Source of the DNA: Thermoanaerobaculia bacterium
GTDB lineage: Bacteria; Acidobacteriota; Thermoanaerobaculia; Multivoradales; Multivoraceae
NCBI GenBank assembly: GCA_963664405.1
Contig: OY761158.1
Location: 4,800,001 to 4,864,000 of the forward strand
Length of the DNA stretch: 64,000 nucleotides
Direction: 5' to 3'
Below are positions 29,995-39,777 of this stretch, piece after piece. Numbering within the stretch: the first letter of the stretch is position 1; every line of letters begins with the position of its first letter. The notes under the pieces were generated by a model. That model was given only the letters and a program-made list of their open reading frames with translations. It ran no database searches and was not told the DNA's origin. A program made the position numbers and the translations under genes.

Positions 29995-32900
29995 ATGACG
30001 GACAACTCGCAGCATGGGCCTTCAGGGTTCGCAGGACTGTTCCTTGCCAAACTTCCCATCGATGGGTCGGCCCTTGGAAATTCGACCCTCCGGAAAGAGC
30101 TGCGCTGGCCTGAGTCACGCTATTGGGAAATCCGCGATGACCTGCTTCGCCAAGGCCTAATCCAGAGAGGCCGCGGCCGCGGTGGAAGCGTGAGACTCTC
30201 GAGCGCCAGACCACCGAATCTCAGTGAAGTCACCACGATCAAACAACCCGGGTTATCCATCGTGGGCGCTCTTTCGACCTACCCGGACGCCGCCTTGGAT
30301 CGCCTGGCGCGGGACAAGGTCGACGAAGTCTCAAATCTTCGTTTCCCGCGGGAGGTGTTGATTCGTGAGATCGCCACGGCACTTTCCTCGCTGAGCTACG
30401 TAGCGAAGGTCTTGGCACCATCTCGACCGCCGACGTATGCCTGCCTGAAGCTATTGATGGACGCATCTGAACTACAACTTCCGGTGAACGGTTTTAGGCG
30501 CCTTGTCCTCGCCGAGACGGATGCGCTGACCAAGCGGGCCGACGACGAAAAGGCGCTACCGGCCAACAAGAGCTACCAACTCTATCGGCGAATGCTCTTC
30601 GCGGCCTGGGAGGACGATGGTCGGGTTGATCGAAGCGAAGCTTTGCTCCTCGCAGCTCTTAGAACAGAACTCGGCATCTGGACTCGTGAGCACCTATTGC
30701 TAGAGCATCATTCCGACGTGAGGCCGATCTGGGACTCTCCAACTTGTTACGAAGAAGCTCTGAAACTTCTTCTGTCCACCGGTCTAATAGTCATCCACGA
30801 AGACTTCTACGCGTTGCCCCAGGAGGTTGGCTCCCAGATCAGGAGAGTTTGGGGCATCGATCTCGAGGACTCTGCCTATGAAGCGCTATTGCTTAACCTG
30901 AGAGGCCGACACCTGCGTCGCGCACTTGAAGCAGCGAAACTCCCATTGTCAGGTTCAAAGGAGGAACGAGCAGAACGACTGATTCAATCTCTCGTTCCAC
31001 CCGCGGAAGTGCTTGAGACACTCCACATCCTTGAGCTCAAGCAGCTTTGTCGAGACCTTTCATTACCATCGAGCGGCCTCAAGAAGGATCTGATCAGCAG
31101 CGTCATTGACTATTTCGACACCGGATTGCATCTGGCGCAAATCACGGGAGTTCCCGATCCTCGCCCCGTGCTTCCGGCCGAGCCCGAGCCGAGGGTACTC
31201 AACCACTCACAGCTGACGTTGCTGCTTGAGCAGCTGAGAGGCGATCTTCTCTACGATCTCCTAGCAGCTCATCGACTTCGCAGAAGTGGGCCGAAGGCGG
31301 AGCGAATCGAGCGCCTTGTGAGATGCCCCCTGTCGGAGCGAACGCTTCTGTCGGATTTGAGGCGTACTGACCTGACTGAGCTTTGCAAAAAACTCCGCAT
31401 CGCGATCTCTGGCGTCAAGGAGGAGATCGTGGATAGGCTAATCAACTGGGCGTCGTTCATGTCACAGCAGCCGGTGGTCGCTCTGGCCGAGCGCGGCGGC
31501 GAGACCGAGGCCGCTACACCAGCCGGTCCCCCAGCGAATCACGTTGCACCACCAAGCGAGAGCGGACATAGGGTTATGGAGCGATCGCAGGAAGAGAGAG
31601 CAGCCGCCCCCGCCGGGCTCAGTGAAATCAGAGAACGCTTTGGCGAGCTGGAGGATGATCAGCAAGTGATCCTCGCTTTGCTGAGAGAGGCGAAGTCTCT
31701 AACCGAGCTGGAGATCGAGCGGGCGGCCCATAACCACGGTCTGAGCTGGTTCTTGACCAAGGCCCACATGGCCGATCTACTGGCCCAGCTCCGACAACAA
31801 GGCAAGAACGTTCTCCGTGTGAGAGGTACTGGCAGCGCGAATGTCTACGAGTGGTCAAGGGCCGCAGACGACCATGAGAATGGCCTCGAGCGGTCTGCTG
31901 CACGCGACGTGATCGATGCATTGAGGCAAGGAGTTGTTCCGCAGCGTCACCTAGATCTCTTAGCCGTAGGCCAAGATGAAGCACGCAGCCATTTGACCGA
32001 GCTGTTCGAACACGTCGAAAAGGGGCGCTCAGAGTTCAAGTTCGTACGTGGAGCGTACGGCGCAGGGAAGACCTTTCTTTGTTCTTGGTTATGCGAACGA
32101 GCTTTCGAACACGACTTCGCGATCTCAGCCGTCCGCATCGGTCCCGACCAACCACTATCGGATCTTCCTGTCTTTTTCTCATGCCTGATTGATGGTCTAC
32201 GTACACCAGAGAAGCGTGACGGCTCCGCGTTGGCAGACATTCTGGAGTCGTGGCTACTCGCCGTCCATCAACGGACGGCCAGGCTCGATGCACCCGCGGC
32301 CACGGGGCTCGAAGGCGAGCGGGATCTCAGATCGCTCGTCGAGGTTCGAATCGGGGAGAAGCTGGCTCAACTCGCAGACATCGACCCGGGCATAGCGCCC
32401 GCACTCCGCGCCTTCTATAAAGCACGAGTTGAGGGTAACCATGACACGGCAGCGAACGCGCTCACGTGGTTCAGAGGCAGTCGTCTTCTCGCAGCGAGCG
32501 CCCTTCGGTCGATTGGCGTTCGCGGGCAGCTAACCGCCGACGAAGTATTCCCAAGAATGCGAGCGCTTCTCCAGGTGATTGCCGAAGGGCGACTCCGTGG
32601 CCTGGTCTTGGTTGTGGATGAGATCGAACTGGTCCGACGGTTTCCTCATGCGAGACAGCGTGAGCAGGCCTACGAGACGCTTCGCCTGTTGATCGACGAG
32701 TGTGGCACGAACAATCTTCCCGGTTGCCTCTTGATCTGCACTGGTACAGATCAACTTTTCGAGGACGAGCGATATGGAATCAAGAGCTATCAAGCTCTGG
32801 CAGATCGCGTTGAAAATCCCCGCGGCACTGAAGGTCCAGCTAGTGTTAGGCAACCGATCTTGCTGCTCGATCCGCTGGATTCGGAGCGACTACTTGAGGT

Positions 32901-33171
32901 TGCAGAACGAGTGCGAGACATACACGGCAGCGCATACGACTGGCCAGCAGAGGAGAGAGTGCCGACCGCTGTTCTAGAGCGAGTGGCTCGGGAATGGACC
33001 GCGTTTGGAGCCGAGGAAGTGGGTCGATTGCCACGCGAGTTCCTGCGCAATGTTGTTAACCTTCTCGACCTCTGCGAGGAGCGACAGGATGTACCTGCGG
33101 AGAGCTTCCTTCTAGAGCCTTCGACGCTGCGAGACTCTGCGTCATCGGTTCTGGCGCTTCTGCAGAAGTAA
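29995..33171 (+). CDS. Multidomain DUF2791 (BrxD-like) P-loop ATPase with N-terminal wHTH, TerB-like segment and four SAP-like repeats
   Basis: ARDVIDALRQGVVP, Walker A GAYGAGKT, Walker B LVLVVDEIE, LICTGT, PREFLR. N-terminal GNSTLRKELRW...GRGRGGSV. AWEDDGRVDRSEALLLAALRTELGI. Four LxxxxLxxxL...SGxKxxxxxRL-like units. Confidence 0.85.
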   Translation: MTDNSQHGPSGFAGLFLAKLPIDGSALGNSTLRKELRWPESRYWEIRDDLLRQGLIQRGRGRGGSVRLSSARPPNLSEVTTIKQPGLSIVGALSTYPDAALDRLARDKVDEVSNLRFPREVLIREIATALSSLSYVAKVLAPSRPPTYACLKLLMDASELQLPVNGFRRLVLAETDALTKRADDEKALPANKSYQLYRRMLFAAWEDDGRVDRSEALLLAALRTELGIWTREHLLLEHHSDVRPIWDSPTCYEEALKLLLSTGLIVIHEDFYALPQEVGSQIRRVWGIDLEDSAYEALLLNLRGRHLRRALEAAKLPLSGSKEERAERLIQSLVPPAEVLETLHILELKQLCRDLSLPSSGLKKDLISSVIDYFDTGLHLAQITGVPDPRPVLPAEPEPRVLNHSQLTLLLEQLRGDLLYDLLAAHRLRRSGPKAERIERLVRCPLSERTLLSDLRRTDLTELCKKLRIAISGVKEEIVDRLINWASFMSQQPVVALAERGGETEAATPAGPPANHVAPPSESGHRVMERSQEERAAAPAGLSEIRERFGELEDDQQVILALLREAKSLTELEIERAAHNHGLSWFLTKAHMADLLAQLRQQGKNVLRVRGTGSANVYEWSRAADDHENGLERSAARDVIDALRQGVVPQRHLDLLAVGQDEARSHLTELFEHVEKGRSEFKFVRGAYGAGKTFLCSWLCERAFEHDFAISAVRIGPDQPLSDLPVFFSCLIDGLRTPEKRDGSALADILESWLLAVHQRTARLDAPAATGLEGERDLRSLVEVRIGEKLAQLADIDPGIAPALRAFYKARVEGNHDTAANALTWFRGSRLLAASALRSIGVRGQLTADEVFPRMRALLQVIAEGRLRGLVLVVDEIELVRRFPHARQREQAYETLRLLIDECGTNNLPGCLLICTGTDQLFEDERYGIKSYQALADRVENPRGTEGPASVRQPILLLDPLDSERLLEVAERVRDIHGSAYDWPAEERVPTAVLERVAREWTAFGAEEVGRLPREFLRNVVNLLDLCEERQDVPAESFLLEPSTLRDSASSVLALLQK

Positions 33172-33263
33172 ACCGCTGCCTTCCCCAGAACGGTTTGGGC
33201 AGATGCTCACGCTTGGCGCTCTCTGGTCGACCATTTAGCCAAGTCATGACCGACGGGCTCGGT

Positions 33264-35495
33264 TCACTCACGAGCGGATTGGCCAAGGAGATGGAGCAAT
33301 CCAGAGCAGTCCAGTGTCTGCTCGACAAGGGCGGAAGCCCAGAGTCCCCTAGGCAAACACTTTGCGAAGGCTGAAAAGAGCGACAGCGGTTGAGATTCCT
33401 CCAACATTGCCATCAGAGCCGCCTGTGCCTCCCTGACTGGCTGTTCGCGCAGACTACCCAGAGCATGCTTGAGCTTGGTAAGCAGGACTCCTGCCCCCTG
33501 CGGACCGTTTTTCACGTTCACCTCCTTGTACGTGGCGTGAGCGTTGCCGAGACTCAAGGCAGTCAAGTATCGAGCGAGTGTTCGATTGATTCGATCTCCC
33601 CCGTAAGTCAGGATCGATGCGGAACCTGCGGAGGTCGCGTCGATGACGATCTCTCCCGGTCGCCATCGACGGTCCGATGCCTCTAGCTGGAGGGAACAGA
33701 GCGCTTTTCTGCCCTTCTCAGAGACAAAGGCAGGGACGTCTCCGCCATGGAGCATCCGGCCTACCGCCTGGGCGGTTTCCAGCGGTACACCTGGACCCCC
33801 GAAACTGTGCCAAGCCGGTGCGGCTCCGTCACTCGAAGGTCGAGCCCGCACCACGTGCGCCTTGGCATCTACACCGTCGGCGCGCCACAGCTTTCCACCG
33901 AGGACGAAGTGGAAGGGCACCTCAAGAGCTTCAACGAATCCGGCGTCAAGAGTGCCAACAGCTTCCCTACCGTTGTGGACTTCATAGAGCGGAGCGCTGT
34001 CGAACACTGCAAAGAGCCGCCTCCAGTTAGCGGCCAAGAACTCGCTCTCTGCTCGATCGCCAACCACGAGGTGCTCATCTATCGTACGAAGATACGATTC
34101 CCTCACCATATTCTCGACAAGAGCGTCGAATTCCTGGCGACTGATCCCAGAGAAGCAATACGCGGGGCCGAGAGTCTCCCACGCCAGCGAAGGTCTAACA
34201 CCGAAGTGCTGTAGAGCCAGACACAGAAGTTGATGCGCCATAAGATGGAAGGCTCGCCGAGGCAACAGAAGTGCCTCTGTCTGGCCCTCTAGGCCGAGCT
34301 GAACAGCGGCGGTCAGCAGGGCGACCTCCCCGCTCGTGACACAGAATCCACGAAAGAAGTGCAGCCCTCCTTGTCGGCGACCGGTGCGGCCGATTCGCTG
34401 AAGAAAGGCCCCTGGGCTCGCCAGAACTCCCATCTGGATGACGCGATCGAGGGCGCCGATGTCAATGCCCAGCTCGAGCGTTGAAGTGCTTATGATGGCG
34501 TCGAGCCCTTTGACGGACCTTAGTTGGATCAGTTGTTCAGCTTCTTCGCGGAAGAACCTACTGACCGACGAGTGGTGGGTTCGAATGTTGATCGGTCGCG
34601 CCGACGGCGCGAGATGGCGAGTCTTTACAAAGGCAGCGGCGAGATTCTCGGCTCTCTTCCGAGACGACACGAAAATGATCGATCGACTTCCTGGTAGAAG
34701 ATCTCGAACTGCTAGAAACCGACGGAACTCGCCACGCTCCTGGCCAGGCGTCCTTTCATCGTCTGCATTCTTGTCAAAAAGACAGACTTCAACATCCCGC
34801 CTTTCCGATCCCTGAAGCCTCCCGCTGATTTGGACTCGCCTAGCGGGACGACGGTTAGCACCACTAATCCACGATGCCATGGCCTCAGGGTTTCCAATTG
34901 TTGCACTCAGCGCGATTCGCTGCGGCTTGTCGAGGCTCGGTGCGACTGCGCGCTCGACTCTCTGAAGAAGAGACAAGAGGTGCCCCCCTCGGTCTCCGGC
35001 GGCAAAGTTGTGGGCCTCATCTACGACAATGCTTTGGAGATGCACGAACAGTTGTTGCCAGTTCTCCCTGCGCAGAAGGATTGCTTCCAGAGATTCCGGG
35101 GTTGTCAGCAGCAAATCAGGTGGTTTCTGCAGAGCTGTCAGTTTCTCCCGAAAGGCGACATCGCCGTGCCACTTGAAGGCAGTGAGCCCGCAAGCAGAGG
35201 CATACAGTTCTCCGCGTCCCTCCAGGTTGTTCAGAAGGGCTCTGAGTGGTGCTAGGTATAGAATGCGGACGCTCTCTCCGGAGCCCTCAGTCGCCCTTGT
35301 CAGACATGGGAAGAGAACTGCCTCTGTCTTGCCACCCGCTGTAGGCGCTTCAACGAGACAGTCATTGCCATCAAGGATGATTGGGATCGCAGCTCGCTGG
35401 ATCTCGGATAGCCCTCGCCAGGTAGTGGATTCCACCCACCGCTGAAGGCCCGGGTGCAGCGTCGCTAACACATCATTGGATGTAGGGGGGATCAC
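33264..35495 (-). CDS. Lhr-like DEAH-box helicase (BrxHI/SngC-like, short form)
   Basis: WRGLSEIQ, APTAGGKT, LAPLRALLNN, TTPESLE, VVDEAH, LSATIGN, HHSS, TSTLELGIDIG, QRIGRTGRR, FVLGGKLW. Confidence 0.9.
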   Translation of the reverse strand: MIPPTSNDVLATLHPGLQRWVESTTWRGLSEIQRAAIPIILDGNDCLVEAPTAGGKTEAVLFPCLTRATEGSGESVRILYLAPLRALLNNLEGRGELYASACGLTAFKWHGDVAFREKLTALQKPPDLLLTTPESLEAILLRRENWQQLFVHLQSIVVDEAHNFAAGDRGGHLLSLLQRVERAVAPSLDKPQRIALSATIGNPEAMASWISGANRRPARRVQISGRLQGSERRDVEVCLFDKNADDERTPGQERGEFRRFLAVRDLLPGSRSIIFVSSRKRAENLAAAFVKTRHLAPSARPINIRTHHSSVSRFFREEAEQLIQLRSVKGLDAIISTSTLELGIDIGALDRVIQMGVLASPGAFLQRIGRTGRRQGGLHFFRGFCVTSGEVALLTAAVQLGLEGQTEALLLPRRAFHLMAHQLLCLALQHFGVRPSLAWETLGPAYCFSGISRQEFDALVENMVRESYLRTIDEHLVVGDRAESEFLAANWRRLFAVFDSAPLYEVHNGREAVGTLDAGFVEALEVPFHFVLGGKLWRADGVDAKAHVVRARPSSDGAAPAWHSFGGPGVPLETAQAVGRMLHGGDVPAFVSEKGRKALCSLQLEASDRRWRPGEIVIDATSAGSASILTYGGDRINRTLARYLTALSLGNAHATYKEVNVKNGPQGAGVLLTKLKHALGSLREQPVREAQAALMAMLEESQPLSLFSAFAKCLPRGLWASALVEQTLDCSGLLHLLGQSARE

Positions 35496-35759
35496 GTCGA
35501 TCTCGCTTCCTGGTACGTCGCAAAGCGCCTCGCTAGGATGTCGCGACCGGGCCGAACAGCGTGGCAGAAGGATCCGCTTGACGTGGGTCTCTTGTTGTCC
35601 AAGGCGGAGAATAGGTCCGGCGTGCTCATCTCGGACTACCCCGCGCAGGTGAGCACGAGGAATTCAAGAGTATGGGGCATCACCCAAGGCTACGCCGTTT
35701 AGGCTCGCGATGGCCGATGGCTTCCGCGCCGATTCAGCTGCCTCGGCCGAGCTTTTGCG

Positions 35760-35868
35760 CCATACGGCGTGGCTGATGATCTCGGGCGGAAACCGGTTGC
35801 GGCGGTAGCTGGGTGTGCTGCTCTTCATGAGCAGACTCTGCCACCCGTCGGCTCAAATTGACAGTACC
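35760..35868 (-). mobile_element. IS6-family left-end relic
   Basis: End ggtactgtcaatttga followed by MKSSTPSYRRNRFPPEIISHAVW. Confidence 0.75.
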
Positions 35869-35899
35869 CAAGAAGCGATCACGAAGGCAACGGCGGAGG

Positions 35900-35927
35900 G
35901 CACCGCGTTTCCTAAGCGCCGCTGACA
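35900..35927. mobile_element. Isolated IS21-like terminal repeat
   Basis: cgcgtttcctaagcgccgctgaca closely matches the reverse complement of the IS21 end at 42156 (cgcgcttcttaagcgccgttgaca). Confidence 0.65.
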
Positions 35928-36311
35928 CGACTAGGGCTCCGCATGCCTTTCTACGCCGGCGACCGAAATGATCACCGAACCGGTGTGGACTTCCTCACTC
36001 ACCTCACGACTCAGGCCAAGCGATCTCTTAGCAAGAGGGGGGAGGACGCGAAGGGAAGAGACGTGTGGGTCAAGAGAGAGGATTCGACACGAACATGGAA
36101 AGAATGTATTGACCTTCTCGTGACTCACGGCAACCTCGCATCCCACGGCGGCACCGTGACCCTGGCCGAAACGAAGCGGCTTATCGAAACCTGCGAGAAA
36201 GCGCTAACGGCCTTGCGCTGCGACGTGTGCGACGAGCTTGTGTGGACCGTTCCTAGTGGCCAGGACTTTGAGTGTGGCTGCGGGGATGTGCGTTGGAAAT
36301 GGTCGTTCTAG
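35928..36311 (+). pseudogene. C-terminal fragment with Zn ribbon, probably from an SMC/AAA-type ATPase gene
   Basis: Begins right at the IS end. GNLASH, CDVC...CGCG. Resembles tails of restriction-locus AAA proteins (recollection, unverified). Confidence 0.45.
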
Positions 36312-36718
36312 TTCACATCCTTCAGACTCAACACATACTCGAATCGATCACTCTCCTCCGAGAGAGCGTGCACGTAGAGCTCGAGCTCGTTCGAATCGAG
36401 GTGCTCTGCGAGATGCCGGACTCGTGAGATCAGGTTATCGTCTTCGTCGAAAGTGAAGGTGACGATGTTGCTTTCGGCGTTTCGCATCCAGCACCGCACC
36501 GTGAGTAGATCTTTGCTGCGGCGATTCCTCGCTACGTCGGGACTCGCCACCACGACGGTGCTGAGCACGACATGCTCGCGGTCGATGCTGAAGCCGATGT
36601 CCTGATGACGATTCCCCACGGGGACACGGAGGAGGTCCTCATCGGGGCGCAGACGCCATTTGGGGTCCTGCTGCGCCGCTACACTTTCGAGCATGGAGCG
36701 GAGCACTGCCAGGTTCAC
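36308..36718 (-). CDS. Hypothetical protein, YbjN/CesT chaperone-like
   Basis: 136 aa. Pattern CWMRNAESNIVTFTFDEDDNL...ELELYVHALSEESDRFE. GTGA coupling to the helicase stop. Confidence 0.6.
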   Translation of the reverse strand: MNLAVLRSMLESVAAQQDPKWRLRPDEDLLRVPVGNRHQDIGFSIDREHVVLSTVVVASPDVARNRRSKDLLTVRCWMRNAESNIVTFTFDEDDNLISRVRHLAEHLDSNELELYVHALSEESDRFEYVLSLKDVN

Positions 36719-38595
36719 GACGGCTCCTCCCAAAGGTCTTGGCCGGCCTCAGCGTCCCGGGCGAGGAGGACCTCTTCGATCCAGTCGGCTTGCAGAGTGA
36801 CTTCACGTACGAGCGCCTCGACTTCTTCGTACTGGCTTGTTTCGGGATGGAAGAGAAGGCTCGCCTCGACGGCAATATGGTGACTCTTGTGACGTAGATC
36901 ACGGTGCGCACAAACTCGAGCGTGACCTAGAGTGCGCTGTAGGTCGTGGAGCTCGGCAACTGTTTCCTGGTCGGAAAGGTCTACGAGACCGACCGGGCTC
37001 TCGCAGCGGATGAGGGTCGCGTCGCCGAGGGCGCGAGAGCGCAGAGCGAGGCGAAAGAACTGGTGGCGAACACCTTCGGCCTTCGGGGCGATCCCGCGAG
37101 GTGCGAGCCTGCGCCCGTGGAAGAGCAGCAGGCCCTCTCTCTGATTACTTCCGACCTCGGGCTCTCGCACGTCCAGGGCCTGGACGAGTCGCTTCCAGAT
37201 CGATTCGAAGTGATTGCTGAGTGTCTCGATGGGGATCGGAGTCGCCGCCTTCTGGCCGAGCTCTCCCCGCAACCAGTCCTGCCTTACAGGGAACGCCGAC
37301 TCGAGTGGGCCCTGTGGGGGGGACAACTCGGGCAGCCCCGCGATCATCTCCACGTTCTTGTCGATCGTGGACTGGTACTGAGCGTGCTCGACGTCACGTC
37401 GGTGCATCAAGCGCATAAAGCGGTCGAGCCGATCGAGCACCCTTCTCACCTGTAAGACTTCGATCGTGTCGGCCAGATGCGGGTAGAGCACCTGGATCTT
37501 CTCTTCAGGCTCGGCCGGGGTGTCACGGCCGTCGAGCTGGCGTTGAACAAGGCTGCCGATTCGATCGATGCGGCCTGTGCGTTGTTCCATTGACGAGGGC
37601 GTCCAGGCGATGCCGTAATGCACGACGTTGCGGCAGAAGGTGTGGAGATCTTCGCCTTCCTGGAGGACGTCGGTCGAGATGAGGACTAGGGGGAAGCCGG
37701 GCATCCGGAATTGGCCCACGAGCCTCTTGCTCACGCCGCCCGACATGCGGCCCACGGGAGCCTGATGCTGGAGAGAGCGTCCGAAGATCTCGCTCAGTTC
37801 GGCGAGCCTTGCAGTCGGAACCTGCGAGAAGTTGACCGCGAGCAGGGTGTCGAACGCTCCGGCCGCGCCGTGTAGCTCGTAGAAGGCATGGAAGCCGCGC
37901 TCCGTGCGCTGACGGTTGAGAAGCTCGACGAAAGCGCGAGCCGGCCCACCCTCCTGAGTATCGGTGGAAGGTGCCGGACGGAGTTCAAAGGAGCCAGCCT
38001 CGCGCATGGCGAGTAGGTAGAGATCGATGTAGGCCCCTCCGAGGCGTGCCATCGCGCTCAAGAGCTCACGGCGCTGTTCGCTCTCACGCAAGCGCTGTGG
38101 GAATGGGAGGTTGCGGGCATCGGGCCAGAGCATGGCTCGGAGCTCGGGCCGCTTGACGAGCTCGGTGAAGAATGTAGTGACACCGATCTGCGAGCTCGCC
38201 TCGGGGAACCCGGGCGGCGCTTCTTCGTGTTGTCCCTTGAAGTCGGGGAAGCGTCCTCTGAGAACGACCGCGGCTTCTTCGGCTGCCAGACCCCCGGCGT
38301 TGTCGAGCAGAAAGAGTGCTGCGGCCTGGTAGCACTCAAAGACGTAGTAGCGCGGGTACCCTGTGGCTCGCCTTGTGCGGCGCCGGAAGTGTGCCCAAGC
38401 TAACTGGCTCAGCTCGGCTTCGACTGAGTGCCTGTGCCTGTTGAGTACCTCGGCGAGGCGTTGGAGTGGTAAGGCTGGGCGGCCGAGCAGTCGGGCGACG
38501 TAATCGTCTTCAAAGAGGGTGCTGTAAGCGGCGGCGATATTGCTGAGACGGTTCTTTTGGAAGGCCGCGCCGGACAATATGCCGGGCGGACCCCA
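36715..38595 (-). pseudogene. SF2 helicase, C-terminal half only (RecA2 domain plus YbjN-like tail)
   Basis: QFRMPGFPLVLISTDVLQEGEDLHTFC...WTPSSMEQRTGRIDR. Walker A and DExx are absent and the upstream frame is closed. Confidence 0.75.
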
Positions 38596-38877
38596 GCAGT
38601 CTTCAGCTGCCAAGGGTGCCACCCGAATATTCCCAGCCCAGCTAGCTCGGGCGCTCAGATGTTCGTGAGATCATCCAGGGGCGGTTCGTATTGTCTACCG
38701 CGTCGAGCCGAGCCGAGATGTGCATTCTCACTGTCAGGCGTTCAAGCTGGCTGTCTTACGCATCCAAAGCGAAGTAGTGGTGCGACCTAGGCTTGAGCAT
38801 GTCAATGGCAGTGCAGCATCACTTCCCGAGAGCAGTGAGTGAAATGTCAGCACCTTGTACAGCAGAGGCACTGAGTT

Positions 38878-39357
38878 GTGGGGCTTGAAGCCGCCGTCTA
38901 CTGCGATTGCTTTGAACGAGGCGACCTCAAGGTCCAGCCTCGGCCAGAATGGGGGGTCTATGTTGCAGAAAACGGATCCAGAGAAACCACCGCTACGGAT
39001 CTCGATCTACAAACAGCTTTCGATTGTTGGGACCGCGACCAAGCCTGCTGCCACGAGGGTGGCGTTTTTCTTGCCCACTACATCGGCAATATTGGTCTTG
39101 TTGGGGTGTTTCGTGAGCTCATCGGCGAGCATCCGAATGACTTCCCACTAATACTGGAGAAAGTCATTTACAGTGGCAGTCATTGCGGGGACTATCTGGT
39201 AGTTGGAGAGGTAGAGGCAATGCAGGCGGAGGTTGAAAGGATCGCTCACGTTCATTCCCAAGACGAAGAAGCTGAACAGTGGCTCCGCGGTTTCGAAGCA
39301 CAGATGCGTGAGCTGGTTGGATGCGCATTGCGAGTCAAGAGGCCCATAGCATTCTAG
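38878..39357 (+). CDS. Hypothetical protein
   Basis: 159-aa ORF with protein-like composition: VYCDC, YSGSHCGD, C-terminal PIAF. Confidence 0.65.
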   Translation: MGLEAAVYCDCFERGDLKVQPRPEWGVYVAENGSRETTATDLDLQTAFDCWDRDQACCHEGGVFLAHYIGNIGLVGVFRELIGEHPNDFPLILEKVIYSGSHCGDYLVVGEVEAMQAEVERIAHVHSQDEEAEQWLRGFEAQMRELVGCALRVKRPIAF

Positions 39358-39426
39358 AGCTCGGACAAGGTATTCCAAGACCTCCTGCCGATGGCGGTTG
39401 ATCCACGCGGCATCTTCGACCCGGGG

Positions 39427-39535
39427 ACTTCACGCAAACTCGTCCCGAAACGGACTCAGGAATCGCCTCTCGGCTGACCAGTCCGTGACCGCGAAGACCA
39501 CGTCAGAGAACGCCCCTCGGAACTCGCCCTCGAGC
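39427..39535 (-). repeat. Duplicated 3' end of the TIGR02452 gene
   Basis: About 9 mismatches in ~109 nt versus 41481-41589 (manual alignment). Encodes LEGEFRGAFSDVVFAVTDWS...FRDEFA*. Confidence 0.9.
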
Positions 39536-39538
39536 ACC

Positions 39539-39715
39539 GTTGACACCCGCGACAACGACCCTGTCGGCGCGATCGTTGGCGCTCTCGTAGGTGCGCAGCA
39601 TGGCGCGAGTTCACTGCCCGACCGGTGGCTCGACGGGCTGCTGGGCCGCACCGGTGCCGACGATGACGGGCGAGTTCAGGAGTTAGTGGAGCTGGCAGTG
39701 CAGAGGTGGTGCTAA
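39539..39715 (+). pseudogene. ADP-ribosylglycohydrolase (DraG/ARH-like) C-terminal fragment
   Basis: DTRDNDPVGAIVGALVGAQHGASSLPDRWLDGLLGRTGADDDGRV. Confidence 0.7.
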
Positions 39716-39777
39716 AGACACTGGCGATCGACGTGGTGGCCAGGAGCGCGCCGCAGACGCCACCAGTCGAAATCGTA

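Noticed and set aside
29995-35495. Calling this a complete BREX system
   Set aside because: No pglZ, pglX or brxC-like genes in the window; only the DUF2791 and Lhr components are present.
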